A stretch of DNA of 64,000 bases from Selaginella moellendorffii. Lineage: Eukaryota; Plantae; Lycopodiophyta. The translations under genes and the position numbers were made by a program. The DNA is taken from NCBI RefSeq assembly GCF_000143415.4, contig NW_003314283.1, forward strand, positions 444,752-508,751. Reading direction: 5' to 3'. Of this stretch, positions 36,077 to 49,802 are shown piece by piece; position 1 is the stretch's first letter; every line of letters starts with the position of its first letter. The notes beneath the pieces were generated by a model that made no database searches, had not been told where the DNA came from, and was given only the letters and a program-made list of their open reading frames with translations.

Positions 36077-39000
36077 TGTGAGGGCTAAGTGTACGGCTAT
36101 GATGCTGTATACTAATATTAGCATAGTGGGATTTTGGTAGTCGTTAGATCTCGCTTCTATATATAAACTAGTTTTTTGGGCTAATTGATATACACATTTT
36201 TTGTATTCCCTTTCCATATTCCAAGCACTCACATTGCTAGAGGTGAGAGGCACTTTTAATTGTCCTTGAGGAGTGTTTGGATTTAGGATTTTGGTTTATA
36301 TCTAGCTTTTGCATCGTCTAGATCTAATTTTTTCCATTTCTTTTCTTTTGTTCTTTCATTTCAGAGTTTTGATTTAGATTTAGCTTTTTGCATTGTCTAG
36401 ATCTATCATTTCCTTCTAGCTTTTTATCATTTCTTTTCTTTTGCTCTTTCTTTTTTGTTCATCTTCATGGCAGATCAGCAATCTCCTCCTCTGACTCTAG
36501 AGCAATAGTTGGTACAATTGCTTGATGCTATGCGTTTGCAATTGAACAACCAAACTCAGTTGATGGTAGTGTTTATGGCATGTGGTACAACTCCTCTTGC
36601 TCTTGGTGCCAATCCTCACGTTTGGTCGGAGTTCTTTTGCAAGAATCTTGGGGATGATGTGTATTATTGGTTCGATCACTTTACGGTGATTGCCCCATAT
36701 CATTTTTGGGATGATACTTGAAATTTGTGTGAGTTTCCCATGTGTCATCAAGGGACGGCGTTGCAGTGGTACAAGGGTTTGAGTGTAGCCATTTGTGGGG
36801 ATTAGAGTGTTCTCCTGGACATCTTCAAATGCACCTTCGAACATGCCGACGACTGTGATGATGCTTTTCAACAATTGCATCATCTTCGCCAAAGGCCATC
36901 TGAATCAGTGATGCAATTTAGCGTTTGTTTTCGAAGTCTTTTGCTTCGTGTAGAGCCAAATATGTCGAAGCAGATCAAGTTAGGAATGTTGTGGCCAGCA
37001 CTTCGTCAAGATCTTGTTGGACTTGTGCATGCACTTGCTCTTGCCACCCTTGACGATGCTCTTCGCTTGGCACAACATTATAAGACGTCACCTCTTCCAT
37101 TTCTCGCTGCACATCCTTCCATTCCACTTCCTACGGGTGATGGTCCTGTTCCAATAGAGGTTGATGCTACTGTTGCTCGAGTCCAAAGACAAGCGTAAGG
37201 ACGTGGTCGTGGCCATGATGTTCGCTGCTGGGCGTATGATGAAGTTGGTCATACTTATCAGCGTTGTCGGCATTTTCTGGATTGGTGACCTCCATTTCCT
37301 GGGTGGAGACCTTGGCGTCAGCAACGTCCCGTTAGTGCTATTGCAGTGGAAGGTCTGGACACTGAGATGCATCCGGGAAACAAAGAGTCACACGAGTAAC
37401 GGATGGACCTTGCGTGAGGTTCATTCAGTATTTACTTTCAAGGCTCATTTTTATAACAAAAGGTCTCCTATTATTCTCTCCGTGTTAGTTGATACAAGTT
37501 TATCTTCTATTGCTCGACCTGTTACCACAAGTTGTTGTCTACACTTGCGTCGTGTGGCGGAACCAGTTTTCATTCTTTATGGCAATAACCATACACATGC
37601 ATATGCACGGGATGAAGCGGACCTGGTTGTGCATGTAGGCGATCTCGAATTTGAGTTGCAGTCATTGCGGGTGGTGCTGAGTCAAGCTTTTGACCTCATT
37701 CTTGGTATGGATTGATTGCTAAGTGTGACTTTGAGGATTCTCCCCCTTGTCTTATACTTCCTTATGTTTCATCTATTCCTCTCACTTTTGTACCTCTTTG
37801 TTTTTCTACTTCTACCTCTGCTTCTATTACTTTTGTTCCCCCACTATTTCCTTCTGTGTTTCCCTTTTGTTCTGCTTTTCCCTTTTTTGATTCCTCCGAC
37901 GATGTTTGTGTTGCAGCGGTTGACCAGCTCATGAAGGAGTATTCTGATCTCTTTGAATTTGACCTATTGTCTAGGGCCAAGATTGCCACACGTCATCCGA
38001 TTCTAACCGAGGATGTTCGTCCAATCAAGGTTCCTATTTGTCGTCGGTCACCCAAGGAGATCAAGATTTTACATGCAAACGTCAAAGAGATGTTAGAGAA
38101 GGGTGTTATTCGAAAATTGTAGAGTTCTTGGGCATGTGAACCTCATCTTGTGACAAAGCCTGATGGGAGTATTCGTTTTTACATCAACTATCGTCCGTTA
38201 AATGAAGTAACGATCCCAGATGTGTACCCTTTTCCTCATACTATTGATCTCTTGGATCGTCTAGGGCAAAGTCATTGGTTCACCAAGCTAGATCTTGCTT
38301 TTGGGTATTGGTAAGTACCGATGGCTGAAAAAGATATTCCTAAGACTACTTTTCATACACCATTTGGTTTGTACAAATTCTTGGTGATGCCATTTGGTTT
38401 GAACAATGCTCCAGAAACTTTCCAGCAGATGATGGACGAGGTTCTTTGTGATATGCCAGAGGTGACTACTGACTTCATTGATGATGTCTTGATCCACTCG
38501 GAGGGGATGTGGGAAGAGTATGTTTGTGATGTTTGTAAAGTGTTGCATGTTTGGGTCCAAAGACACAACTTATCTTGGGCATTGAATTTCTCATGAGGGT
38601 TTGCAAGTTGATCTTGACAAACTTGTGGCTGTTTTAAAGTTCCTTACTCCAAAGTGTGTGAATGATGTGTAGCGCTTCCTTGGTAAGGTGCAATATCTCG
38701 GTCATTTTGTGGATCAACTTTTTAATTACACTACACTATTGCAAGCATTGCTGAAGTCATCAACATCATCTTTAATCTTGTCTCTGGATGGTGAGTGGGC
38801 GTTTGTGGATCTCAAAAAACTATTGACAACTCCTCTAGTTTTGGCATATCCTGACTACACTTGACCAATTATTTTGTGTATGGATGCTTTTGACATTAGT
38901 CTTGGAGGTGTGTTGATGCAAGAGAGCTTGAGTGTGCCTGGTTAGTGCCATCCCATTGCGTATATAAGCCATACATTACAACCAGCGGAGATGAACTACT

Positions 39001-41045
39001 CAACAATAGAGAAGGAGTTTTTAGCAGTAGTCTGGGGTTTCGAGAAACTTCATGCATATCTACATGGTTCTCGGACGTTATGTGAAGATGACCGTGCTGT
39101 TGTTACTTCATTATTGAAGCGGAAGAACCTGGTTGGTTATACTACTCAATAGACTTNNNNNNNNNNNNNNNNNNNNNNNNNNNNNNNNNNNNNNNNNNNN
39201 NNNNNNNNNNNNNNNNNNNNNNNNNNNNNNNNNNNNNNNNNNNNNNNNNNNNNNNNAGTTTCAGATATATGATTTTGGTGTTGTTCATTACATAAGGAGT
39301 TCTATGGCTGATGCTGATGCCCTTTTTTGAGCTCTTCTTCCTTCTCCACGCTCTTTTCATATTTCTGACGAGCCTATTATTCCAGCATCTCTAGATTTTC
39401 TAGATGAGGATTCTGTGCTGTCGGTGGTTGTTGTCTTTGACGTTCAGTGTCCACAAAGTGCAGAGCAAGATTTACCTTCTCTTGATGAGGTTCGCGAAGC
39501 TCAAAAGATTGAGCCGTGGATTCGAAGGCTTTGAGATGGGTTTGAGAATCCTACATCATTTGCTAATGACCTGCCTTTCCGGCATTTACATTCTCAATAT
39601 TGCCTTGATGATGACCTTCTTTATTTTGTGGGGATAGATCTTAATGATCATTTACGGCTAGTGGTGCCTTCTGTATTTATTCCACAGTTTCTCCATGCCT
39701 ACCATGATTTTCCTGTTCTAGGTGGGCATATGGGACACCGTCATATAACCAAGAAACTGTGCAGTTTTTTCTATTACCCAGAGATGCAATGTGATATTAT
39801 CCGATATGTGCGTAACTGCGTTTGGTGCCAAGCTTGTAATACTCCCCCTCATGTTGCGGAAGGATGGTTGGAGTCAATTGTGGTTTCCCGTCCGTTTGAG
39901 TTGGTGGCATTTGATCTTATGGGACCTTTTCCACGGTTAACTACTGGCAATGAGTATGTTATTATTGCTTCTGACTACCTGATTCGTTAGGTGGAAGTTG
40001 GTGCTCTTGTTAACGCCTTTGTAACTGTTGTTGAATACTTCCTTCTCAATCGAGTGGTGTTCTAACATTCTTGTCCAGAGCGAATTCTTTCGGATAATGG
40101 TCCCGCATTTATGGCTGAGGCATTTCATGTTTTGACGTCTCGGTTAGGGATATGCCACACTTTCACGAGTGTTTATTATCCACAATCAAACGGTCTTGTG
40201 GAATGGCTCATTTGGACATTCAAAGGGATGATTGTGAAGTATGTGAACTTTCATCATTTAGATTGGGATGGTTATTTGCCGTCTTTTCAATATGCATATG
40301 TCACAGGGGTGTAGAGTTTTGTTGGTGCTTCACCATATAAACTCTTATATGGTCATGATCCAATATTACCAATAGAGTTGGGTTTACCTTCGCGATTGTT
40401 ATGAGCTGCTGATGCTAGGTCATAGGATTAGTATTTGACAAGCATTCTTCCACTTGTCCGAGCAGAGTCTGCTAAACACTTAGGCCGCATACAAGTGGGA
40501 CAACAATAGCGCTACAACTCCCATCATCATCTATCTGCAGAGTACAAAGTGGATGATTTGGTGTTAGTCCGTTTTCCCCATCTTACGGTACGTGGTTTAT
40601 CTAAGGGGCTTCTTGCACAGTGGAAAGGATTGTATCGGGTGTTGTGGCAAGTTGGACCACAAGTTTATGAGGTTCAACATGACGTTCAACAGGCCAATCC
40701 TTCAGAGATTGTGCATGTGTAATGGCTAAAACGCTTCGTACAAAGGGATTAGGAGGAGTTAATACTACTTACAGATCCGCTAATGCCTCCTCCTGACGTT
40801 CCTCCAGATCCCAGCTTATCTACACGAGAAACCTTATGGTCTTCCATTATTCCGAGAGGAGGGGATGATGTGAGGGACAAGTGTATGGCTACGATGCCGT
40901 ATACTAATATTAGCATAGTGGGATTTTGGTAGCTGTTGGATTGGTTTCAATCTAAACCACTCGCTCCTGTATATAAGCTAGGGTTTTTTGGGCTAATTGA
41001 TATGCACATTTTCTGTGTTCCCTTTTCATTTTCCAAGCACTCACA
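36077..41045 (+). mobile_element. Full-length but decayed Ty3/gypsy (no chromodomain seen); LTRs 36077-36233 and 40869-41045; 4-bp TSD GATT
   Basis: TG..CA LTRs, PPT GAGAGGAGGGGATGA, and gag/Zn knuckle, PR (FDLILGMD), RT (VMPFGL, FIDDVL), RH and INT (GGHMG, SDNGPAF, YYPQSNGLVE) remnants with many stops. Confidence 0.93.
39157..39256. other. Assembly gap (100 N; true size probably ~3 bp)
   Basis: The paralogous copy (42700-42730, reverse complement) has only TGA between the two flanks. Confidence 0.8.
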
Positions 41046-41869
41046 GATTTAATTAATAAAGGTTGTTATAAAGAAAAATATTTCCATCATCTATTTTTTT
41101 ATTGTAATACCAAGAAGAAGGGCAATGCCTCCATGAATTGAATCAAGCAAAGAATGCTCAATCCAACAAATCCACACCACAAGGAATCAGGCAGCATATG
41201 ACACTGCTAAGAGCCAAGAGGAGTCCACAGCTGTGAGACAAGCTCATGAATTGAGCCTAGGAGGTATTGCTCCAGCACTTCCCCACCAAGAATGTGCTAG
41301 GAATTATGGAGGCAACATGCCAATTAAGCTTGATCTACAAGAACTCTAGAGTTGCAAGTATATGCAATACTGGTGAAAGGAAGATGTGTGTCTTAGTTGT
41401 CGATAGGAAGATAGTACTTGAATATTTGTATTTGAGAATAAATTGTACCAAGAATGTCAACCAATTATAAAGATAGATTTGACTGAATAATGATTCAATC
41501 CAGATAGACAGTCTAATGCTATGCTATTGCTATTAGCATATTATTAATATTAGCATAGTTATCATGTCATACCTTGGTGGCTTCACATTTAGTGTATTTT
41601 ACATTGATGGAGTTAGGTAGAATATGTCATTAGAGCACATATAAACACATTTTTGATAGATTTTTCTATAAATTAACTAATAAATATGATGGTTGGCATT
41701 GACTAGGGTATAGTTTTAACTAAATGATGCAAATTTTTACTAGGAACATTACCAATCCTTTATTTTAATAAGTTACTAGTTGTTATACTATACAAAAATT
41801 ATTATTTTAACTTGCACCAGAAAATAATTCAAGTAGAAATTTTTAAAAATCTCCTTTTATAGGTTGCTT

Positions 41870-44696
41870 TATGAGTGCTTGGAATAGGGAAAGGGAATAC
41901 AAAAAATGTGCATATCAATTAGCCCAAAAACCCTAGCTTATATATAGAAGCGACTAGTCCAGATTGAAATTAATCCGATAGTTACCAAAATCCCACTACA
42001 CTAATATTAGTATACAGCATCGTAGCCGTACACTTGGCCCTCACATCATCCCCTCCTCTCGGAATAATGGAAAACCATTAAGGTTCTTTTATAGACGGGC
42101 CGGGATCTGGAGGAACATTAAGAGGAGGCATTGGCGGATCTGTAAATGGTATTAACTCCTCCTGATCCCTTTATATGAAGCTTTTTAGCCGCTACACATG
42201 CACAATCTCTGGAGGATCGGCCTGTTAGACGTCATGCCGAACCTCATAAATTTGTGGTCCAACTTGCCACAACACTCAATATGGTCCTTTCCATTGCACA
42301 AGGAGCCTTTTAGATAAACCACGTACCATAAGATGGGGAAAACGAACTAACACCAAATCATCCACTTTGTACTTTGTAGGTGGACGTTGATAAGAGTTGT
42401 AGCACCATTATTGTCCCACTTGTATGGGGCCTAAATGTTCAGCAGACTCTTATCGGACAAGTGGAAAAATGCTTGTCAAATACTAATCCCACGACCTAAC
42501 ATTGGTAGCTCGTGGCAATTGCAAAGGTAAACCCAACTTCATTTGTAATCTTGGTAATCCTCGTCTAGAAAATCCAGAGATGCTGGAATAATAGGCTCGT
42601 CAGAAACATGAAAAGAGAGTGGAGAAGGAAGAGGAGCTCAAAAAAGGGCATCAGCATCAGCCATAGAACTCCTTGGGCGATGAACAACATCAAAATCATA
42701 TATCTGAAACTTCAAAGCCTATCGAGTAGTACGACCAACCAGGTTCTTCTGCTTCAATAATGAAGTAACAATAGCATGGTCATCTTCAAGTAACGTCCGA
42801 GAACCATGTAAATATGCATGAAGTTTCTTGAAACCCCAGACTACTGCTAAACACTACTTCTCTATCGTTGAGTAATTCATCTCTACTGGTTGTAATGTAT
42901 AGCTTATATACGCAATGGGATGGCACTAACCAAGCACACTCGAGCTCTCTTGCATCAACACACCTCTAAGACTAATGTCAAAAGCATCCACATGCAAAAT
43001 AATTGGTCGAGTATAGTCAGGATATGCCAAAACTGAAAGAATTGTTAATAGCTTTTTGAGATCCACAAACGCCCACTCACAATTCAGAGACCAGATGAAA
43101 GATGATGTTGATGACTTCAGCAACGCTCGCAATGGTGCAGTGTAATTAGAAAGATGATCCACAAAACGACTGAAATATTGCACCTTGCCGAGGAAGCACT
43201 ACACATCATTCACACACTTTGGAGTAGGGAACTTTAAAACAGCCACAAGTTTGTCAGGATCAACTTGCAAACCCTCATGAGAAATACGATGCCCAAGATA
43301 AGTTATGTCCTTGGATCCAAACACACACTTCAACCGCTTCAGCTTTAAACCAACGTTGCATAGCTGATCCAACACTTTATAAATATTATGAATGTGCTCT
43401 TCCTATGTCCCCTCCAAGTGAATCAAGACATCATCAATGAAGTTAGTAGTCACCTCCAGCATATCGCAAAGAACCTCATCCATCATTCGCTGGAAAGTTG
43501 CTGGAGCATTGTTTAAACCAAACGGCATCACCAAGAATTCGTACAAACCAAATAGTGTACGAAATGCAGTTTTAGGAATATCTTTTTCGGCCATCAGTAC
43601 TTGCTAGTACCCAAAAGCAAAATCTAGCTTGGTGAACCAATAACTTCGCGCTAGACAATCCAAGAGATCAGCAATGTGAGGAAGAGGGTACACATGGGAT
43701 CATCACTTCGTTTAACGGACAATAGTTGATGTAGAAACAAATGCTTCCATCAGGCTTCATCACAAGATGAGGTTCACATACCCAAGGACTCTGCAATTTT
43801 CGAATAACACCTTTCTTCAACATCTCTTTGATGTTTGCACGTAAAATGTTGATCTCCTTGGGTGACCAACGACAAATAGAAACCTTGATTGGACAAATCC
43901 GACAAGATCTTCCTTGGTTGATTCGCTCTGATATATTTAGCTCCACACAAAGCAAAAGACTTCGGAAACGAATGCCAAATTGCATCACCGACTCACCTTA
44001 GCAAAGACAATGCAATTGTTGGAAGGCATCATCACAGTCGTTGGCATGTCCGAAGGTGCGTTTTAAGACATCTGGGAGAACACTCCAATCCCCACAAATG
44101 GCTACACTCAAACCCTTGTACCACTGCAACGCCGTCCCTTGATGACACATGGGAAACTCACACAAATTTCAAGTATCATCCCAAGAATGATATGTGGTAA
44201 TCAAAGTGAAGTGATCGAACCAATGGTACACATCATCCCCAGGATTCCCACAAAAGAACTCCGGCCGAACGCAAGGATTGGCACCAAGAGCAGGAGGAGT
44301 TGTACCACGTGCTGTGAACACTACCATCAATTGAGTTTGGTTGTTCAACTCCAAATGCATAGCATCAAGCAATTGTACCAATTGCTCTAGAGTCAAAGGA
44401 GGAGATTGCTAATTTGCCATGAAGACGAACGAAGAAAGAGCAAAAGAAGAAAAATGATAAAAAGCTAAAAGGAAATGGTAGATCTAGACAATACAAAATG
44501 CTATATCTAACCCAAAATCCTGAAAGAAAAGAACAAAAGAAAGGATAATATAAAAAATGTGCATATCAATTAGCCCAAAAACCCTAGTTTATATATAGGA
44601 GCAAGTGGTCCCGATTGAAATTAATCTGATAACTACCAAAATCCCACTACGTTAATATTAGTATACAGCATCGTAGCCGTAGACTTGGCCCTCACA
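41870..44696 (-). mobile_element. Internally deleted copy of the same gypsy family; 3' LTR 41870-42045, truncated 5' LTR ~44540-44696; 4-bp TSD GCTT
   Basis: RT/RH remnants at 43403-43594 and 42926-43183; protease and most of the integrase are deleted; GCTT at 41866-41869 and 44697-44700. Confidence 0.92.
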
Positions 44697-45303
44697 GCTT
44701 GAAATTTGATTCCCCAATTTGATAAAAATCCTAATTTGTATTTTTTATATTTATTAAGTTTGAAACCATAATCCTATTAATAATGTTGGCAAAATATGCT
44801 TCAGAAAATATAGAGATAGTAAATATTTAACATATTAATTTATGAAAATAATTAAATTTTAATATTTCTTTAGTATTTCTATATTAAATTTATTAATTTG
44901 ATAAACTTTTTATTTTAGATAAGTTAAATTAATTTCTACCTCTGTTATATTTTAATAATATTATTTATAACATAAATAAGCACAATCATATAAAATAAAG
45001 GTACTATTATCTCTTTTACTTTTGTCTTATTCATTCTTCTTTATGGTAGAGTATCATCGTTCTCCTCCTTTGACTCTAAAGTGGCAATTGGTATAATTTT
45101 TTGATGCTATGTGATTATAGTTGAATAATCAAACATAATTGATAGCAATATTAGCTCAATGACATGTAACTTTTAATATTCATAATTATATTTGCAACAC
45201 TTTCCCCCCTTTAGGGAAAATTGGTGTATTTGTCAATACTTACTCTAGTTTAGACTATCACTAGAGAAACAATTTAAGAAAAAATTTATCATATTCAGAC
45301 TTT

Positions 45304-46551
45304 TATGAAACACAAATCCTTAAGCCCTAAAGTGGAGTTGAAAGTATGCCATATGGCAGTGGTTAAAGCAGAAGTCTAATGAGTGTAACACATTTGGACT
45401 AAATGCTTAGACTTGGAAAATCAAGAGTGAGAGTGGAACTCCAAACGAAATGCTCAAGGAATGAACATGAAGCAATCGATGAATGAGTCTCTAGAAAGGG
45501 ACTCTACCTTGGACTCAGTTTTGACACTTTCATGTGTCACAACACTTATCATATATCAGTCCTTATGTCCAATAAGGAGCTAAGATAAAACTCGAGATGG
45601 AGTTTGAGATAGAGTCTGAAAAAGAGTCTAAGGTGGAGTTTAAAAAGGAGTCTGAAGTGGAGTCCAAAAAAGAGTCTAAGATGGAGCCTAAGGTTGAATT
45701 TGAGATGGAGACTAAGACTAGGTCCAAGATTGAGGTTGAAACTGAGACCAAGACTAAGACCAAAACTGAGACCGAGACTAAGACTGAGACTAAGATTGAG
45801 ACCAAGACTGAGTTTGAGTCCAAATCCTAATTTGAGTCCAAGTTCAAGTTTGAGTCCAAATATTAATACAGGTTGAGGGGTCAAAACCCAAAGCCCAAAG
45901 CAATTGTTCATTACAAGAGGGTTTCAAAAGTATAGTAGGGAGAATATAAGGTTGAATTTTAGAGGAACTAGTTTGGTTAGGAAAGCGCAATGTGACCCAA
46001 GAAGGTTATACATACATGGTGGGTGGTGACATAACCACTAAAGAGTTCAAGGCTAGAGTGAATACGAACAAACAAACGAGGTAGTTTAGTGAAGTGTTCA
46101 AGAGCCAACTCTAGCTTTCTTGGGAAATTGAATGGCTGATGCTCTTAATTCAAGTGTGGCCACATGGCACTACCTACTTGGATACTTGGCATAACTTATT
46201 AAACCTCATTGTAAAGCACATAAGGGAGGAAGGTAGGGAGAGTATCCACAAAGCTTATGTAGGGCCATGATATTTTGAAAGGTTGTTCCAAAGTCTTAGA
46301 CTATGAAAAAGAAAAAAAGCAATCCTCTTATATAGTGATAAAAGCATGGTCATATGGTGAGAAAGCCTCAAAGGTTAATAGGACTCAATGGTTGAGATTT
46401 TGGGTCTTAATGGTAGTGTTAGCGAGCACGACTATAGATGGAGAGGGATTTAGTGGGGATTAAAGAAGGGACATTAGGGAAGGGTGTTCCCTATGTCTTT
46501 GGGCATCCGAAGGATGTTAAGGTGTGGTCATAAGATGACTACTCATGGACA
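45304..46551. mobile_element. Probable solo LTR of a further family carrying the hexamer array
   Basis: Reverse-complement similarity to 59880-60642 and 1-253; hexamer array at 45590-45860; no clear TSD. Confidence 0.55.
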
Positions 46552-49119
46552 AATATAATGAATTTATGCTCAATAAATAATCACCAAACTTATCCTCTAA
46601 GAATCCATTGTTTAAAGCAAGAGGTAACTCACTTGATATTAAGAGCAATAAGAATCATTTGATATAATCAACTCAACCAAGGATTCAACAACTATAATCA
46701 ATCATCAATTCTTTCTTTTGCAAAGTTAGTATAGTCACTTTTCAAGAAAGAATCAAATTTTAACCCCTACTAAATAATTTCATCTACAATATAGCTAACT
46801 AAACTTGTCACTCGTCTCAAGAAGTGGGCCGGGGTTAGAGAACTAGGTGGGGGCTGGCATCTTACCCGACCAGGCCCACCAACTCTTTTAAAAGCTAATA
46901 TAGTTGCTAATTAGCAAGCCAATGATATAGTTTTCAGGTAAAATAATTAATAAATTAGCTATTGGAGAAGTTTAAGAAAATTTGTAAAAAAGCTTCCATC
47001 TTAGATAAAGAATGATTCTCAGTCTAGAAATGACTTCACATAAGTTCACTTCATCATAAGTTTTCATAACCCAACAATATGCTTAATTATTGAACATCAT
47101 GCCCAACTATTTGACATCTAACAATGACATCTACAATTGCTAATAAATACCCAAAATTTGATTATAAAGACCATATTTTTTATATCCACACTGCACTTAC
47201 ACTCTTCTTTAATCACCTTCAAAATCAAATGTAAAGCCAAAATACTAACAAGAAAAATAACATGAAAGTTAAGTTATAAGGAAAACTACTCATCACTTGA
47301 CATAATAAGCCACTTCCATTAACATAAGTGTTAGCAATGTCAATATTTTAATTACACATTTTCAAATTATCTAACAATTTACTCCAAGTGTTAACAGATA
47401 AATCAATAAGCTATAAAAATGAATGCTATAACTTTTCTAAAACTTCAATGAGTAAACTTTTAAAAACCAAGGTACAACAATCATCTTAGCATAATAGATC
47501 ACCTTTGAGAACCAAGTCAAAACTAGTATAATACTACTATTTGTAAGTAAACTAACTTTTCTATCATTGTTTGTCTAAACAACTTCATAAACACATTATT
47601 CATAATTATATAGATATGATATGGAAATCACAATAACTTAGCCATCAATCGAGAAACACCATAAGCAAGGCCACCTTATTACGTCAAAGGTTTACATGAG
47701 TATCAAGTGCTAACTTAATTCGACAAAATATAATATAATGCTACATTCTACCGATGGAGATTTAGAACATTTAATACCACCAACTTCATTCACAATATAT
47801 ACAAACTCATATCACTCTCTTTCCAACCAAACTCAAAATTAATTCAATACCAAGCTATTTAAAAGGTAATAGTAAGGTTAATCCAGTTTTAATTGATCCA
47901 TTTGTAATCATGCCTAGGAAGGATCCATTAGTGCTATACTAAACAACTATGGATCAACCTATTTGCCATTCTTAGCAAACCTAGGGAAGATTTACATTTA
48001 CCTAGAGTATATAGAATAACTCATAGAACTAATGATAGGTTAGTATTAATCTTGCAAACTCAAAGCGTAACTTTAAGTTGCTAATATGCCTCACTCATGA
48101 GCCCAAGCGTAAAATTGTATAAATAGTACATCTCAATCTATCCTATGAGCCCATACAATATAGTAAAAAATAGTAACCAAAATCTATACCCAAGAGATGT
48201 ATGCAAAGCCAAATATGTACCCACTCAAATTATTGTTTTTATCTCTACATATACAATGAAAAAATTAGATTCCCAATCTTATTGGATAGTACTTACTAAG
48301 ACATATCCTCTGATAGCAAATTTGTTTTTTACCCTTTACCTTATAGTGATTTATCATAGGGTAACCACAAAGTGAAACCATAACCCTTGAGCCAAGGGTA
48401 GTGAAGAAAAACCCAAGTTTTAAAGCCTTAAGCCATTGAATGAAGAGACAAAGCCAAATTCTCAAGCATGTAACTAAAGAGTGAAGGAATTAGAGCATGG
48501 AGCAACTCTTATATGAATAGCCCAAGGAACAAAAGGATAGGAGCACAAAATGATATTAGAACAATCCTAAAGCATTCAACATGGAGATAAATGGAGTTTA
48601 GTGCAATTTCAGCATACTAGTGTAAGGAACCAACTCCTCGAGGTATCATAGGTGTAAGCCACCCTCTAAATCCCAAGCCTTGGGTGCAGCACTTGCTTCG
48701 GGACGTTGGGGCGAAACACCGTGGCCTAACGGCCCAGTATGGGTCTTCCATCCCGAAGGGAAGGCCCAAGCCCCTAGGAAGGGCGAGGACTAATGAGCCA
48801 CAAGGTACTCAAGTGGGGCACCACTCCACCTGAGCCGGGAGCACCGCAGTCGGTTTCCCTTTCGGGAGTGGGAGCTGCTCTTGAGCACTTCCCTGGGTGG
48901 CCCCTTCGGCACCACTCAGGCCCATGCTCACTCCCACCCAAGGCCCCTCAGCCCCAGGCTCAACCTCAAGTCAGTTTGGAAGCGCCACTAGAGAGTTCCT
49001 TCAAGACTAGTTCCTGGACCTCACTATCCCTACTATACTTTTGGAACCCCCTACAGCCCCCCCCCCCCCTGGGAGACGCACGCTTTGGGCTTTCACCCCT
49101 TGACCCGTATTAGTATTTG

Positions 49120-49370
49120 GACTTAGTCTCTGGCTCGATCTCGGACCCGATCTCGGACTCGATCTCGGACCCAATCTCGGACCCGACCTCGGACTCGACC
49201 TCGGACTCGGTCTCGGACCCGATTTCGGATCTCGGACTCCGTCTCGAACTCGGTCTCGAACTCGGACTCGAACTCGGTCCCCGAGTCGGTCTCGGACTCG
49301 ATTCCGGACTCTATCTCGAACTCGGTCCTAGAGTTGGTCTTGGACTCGATCCTCGACTTGGTCCCATCCG
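49120..49370. repeat. Degenerate 6/12-bp tandem array (GACTCG/GTCTCG/ATCTCG) inside LTRs; also 10612-10800, 45590-45860, 55440-55730, 55860-56120, 60265-60390
   Basis: Directly visible periodic ...TCGGACTCGATCTCGGACCCGA...; copy number differs between LTRs. Confidence 0.92.
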
Positions 49371-49802
49371 ATAAACTTTTTGTCATTTCGGTCAAGCTTT
49401 TGGGGATCCTTTAGCCTACGACATCTCGGGGAGTCGGTTCCTTACAACTCCACCACCCATAGAAGAAGTTCGATGCCCACATCGAACATCTCATTTTATC
49501 CTACGACTTGTTGACCATGTCTCCGGGGGCATCCCCCCACTTAGCGGTGTGCCTAAGTTAGCCTCCCCGGCCAAGAGCCCATGACAACGGAATATAGGTG
49601 TCCCTATACTCCTCACCTCACCACACCCTAGTATGGGGTCGGGACTTGAACCCAGCCTTGCTTTACTAGGGGGTTGGGACTCGAACCCAACCTCCGTAGA
49701 ATATGTCTACGGATTCAACATCCCCACGGGGAGTCGGGCGTAGTGCCCTACGCCTGGTCGACCTATCCAACCCATGCTAATTAGCTTACCTTCGGCGCGC
49801 CT

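Noticed and set aside
46600-48600. AT-rich stretch with small ORFs (and 56900-57900)
   Set aside because: No recognisable protein motif or structure; left uncalled.
49120-49370. Possible CRISPR-like array
   Set aside because: Contiguous degenerate hexamers without unique spacers, inside LTRs of a eukaryote.
49641-49692. tRNA gene
   Set aside because: Only T-arm-like hairpins; no recognisable D-arm, A-box or full cloverleaf.
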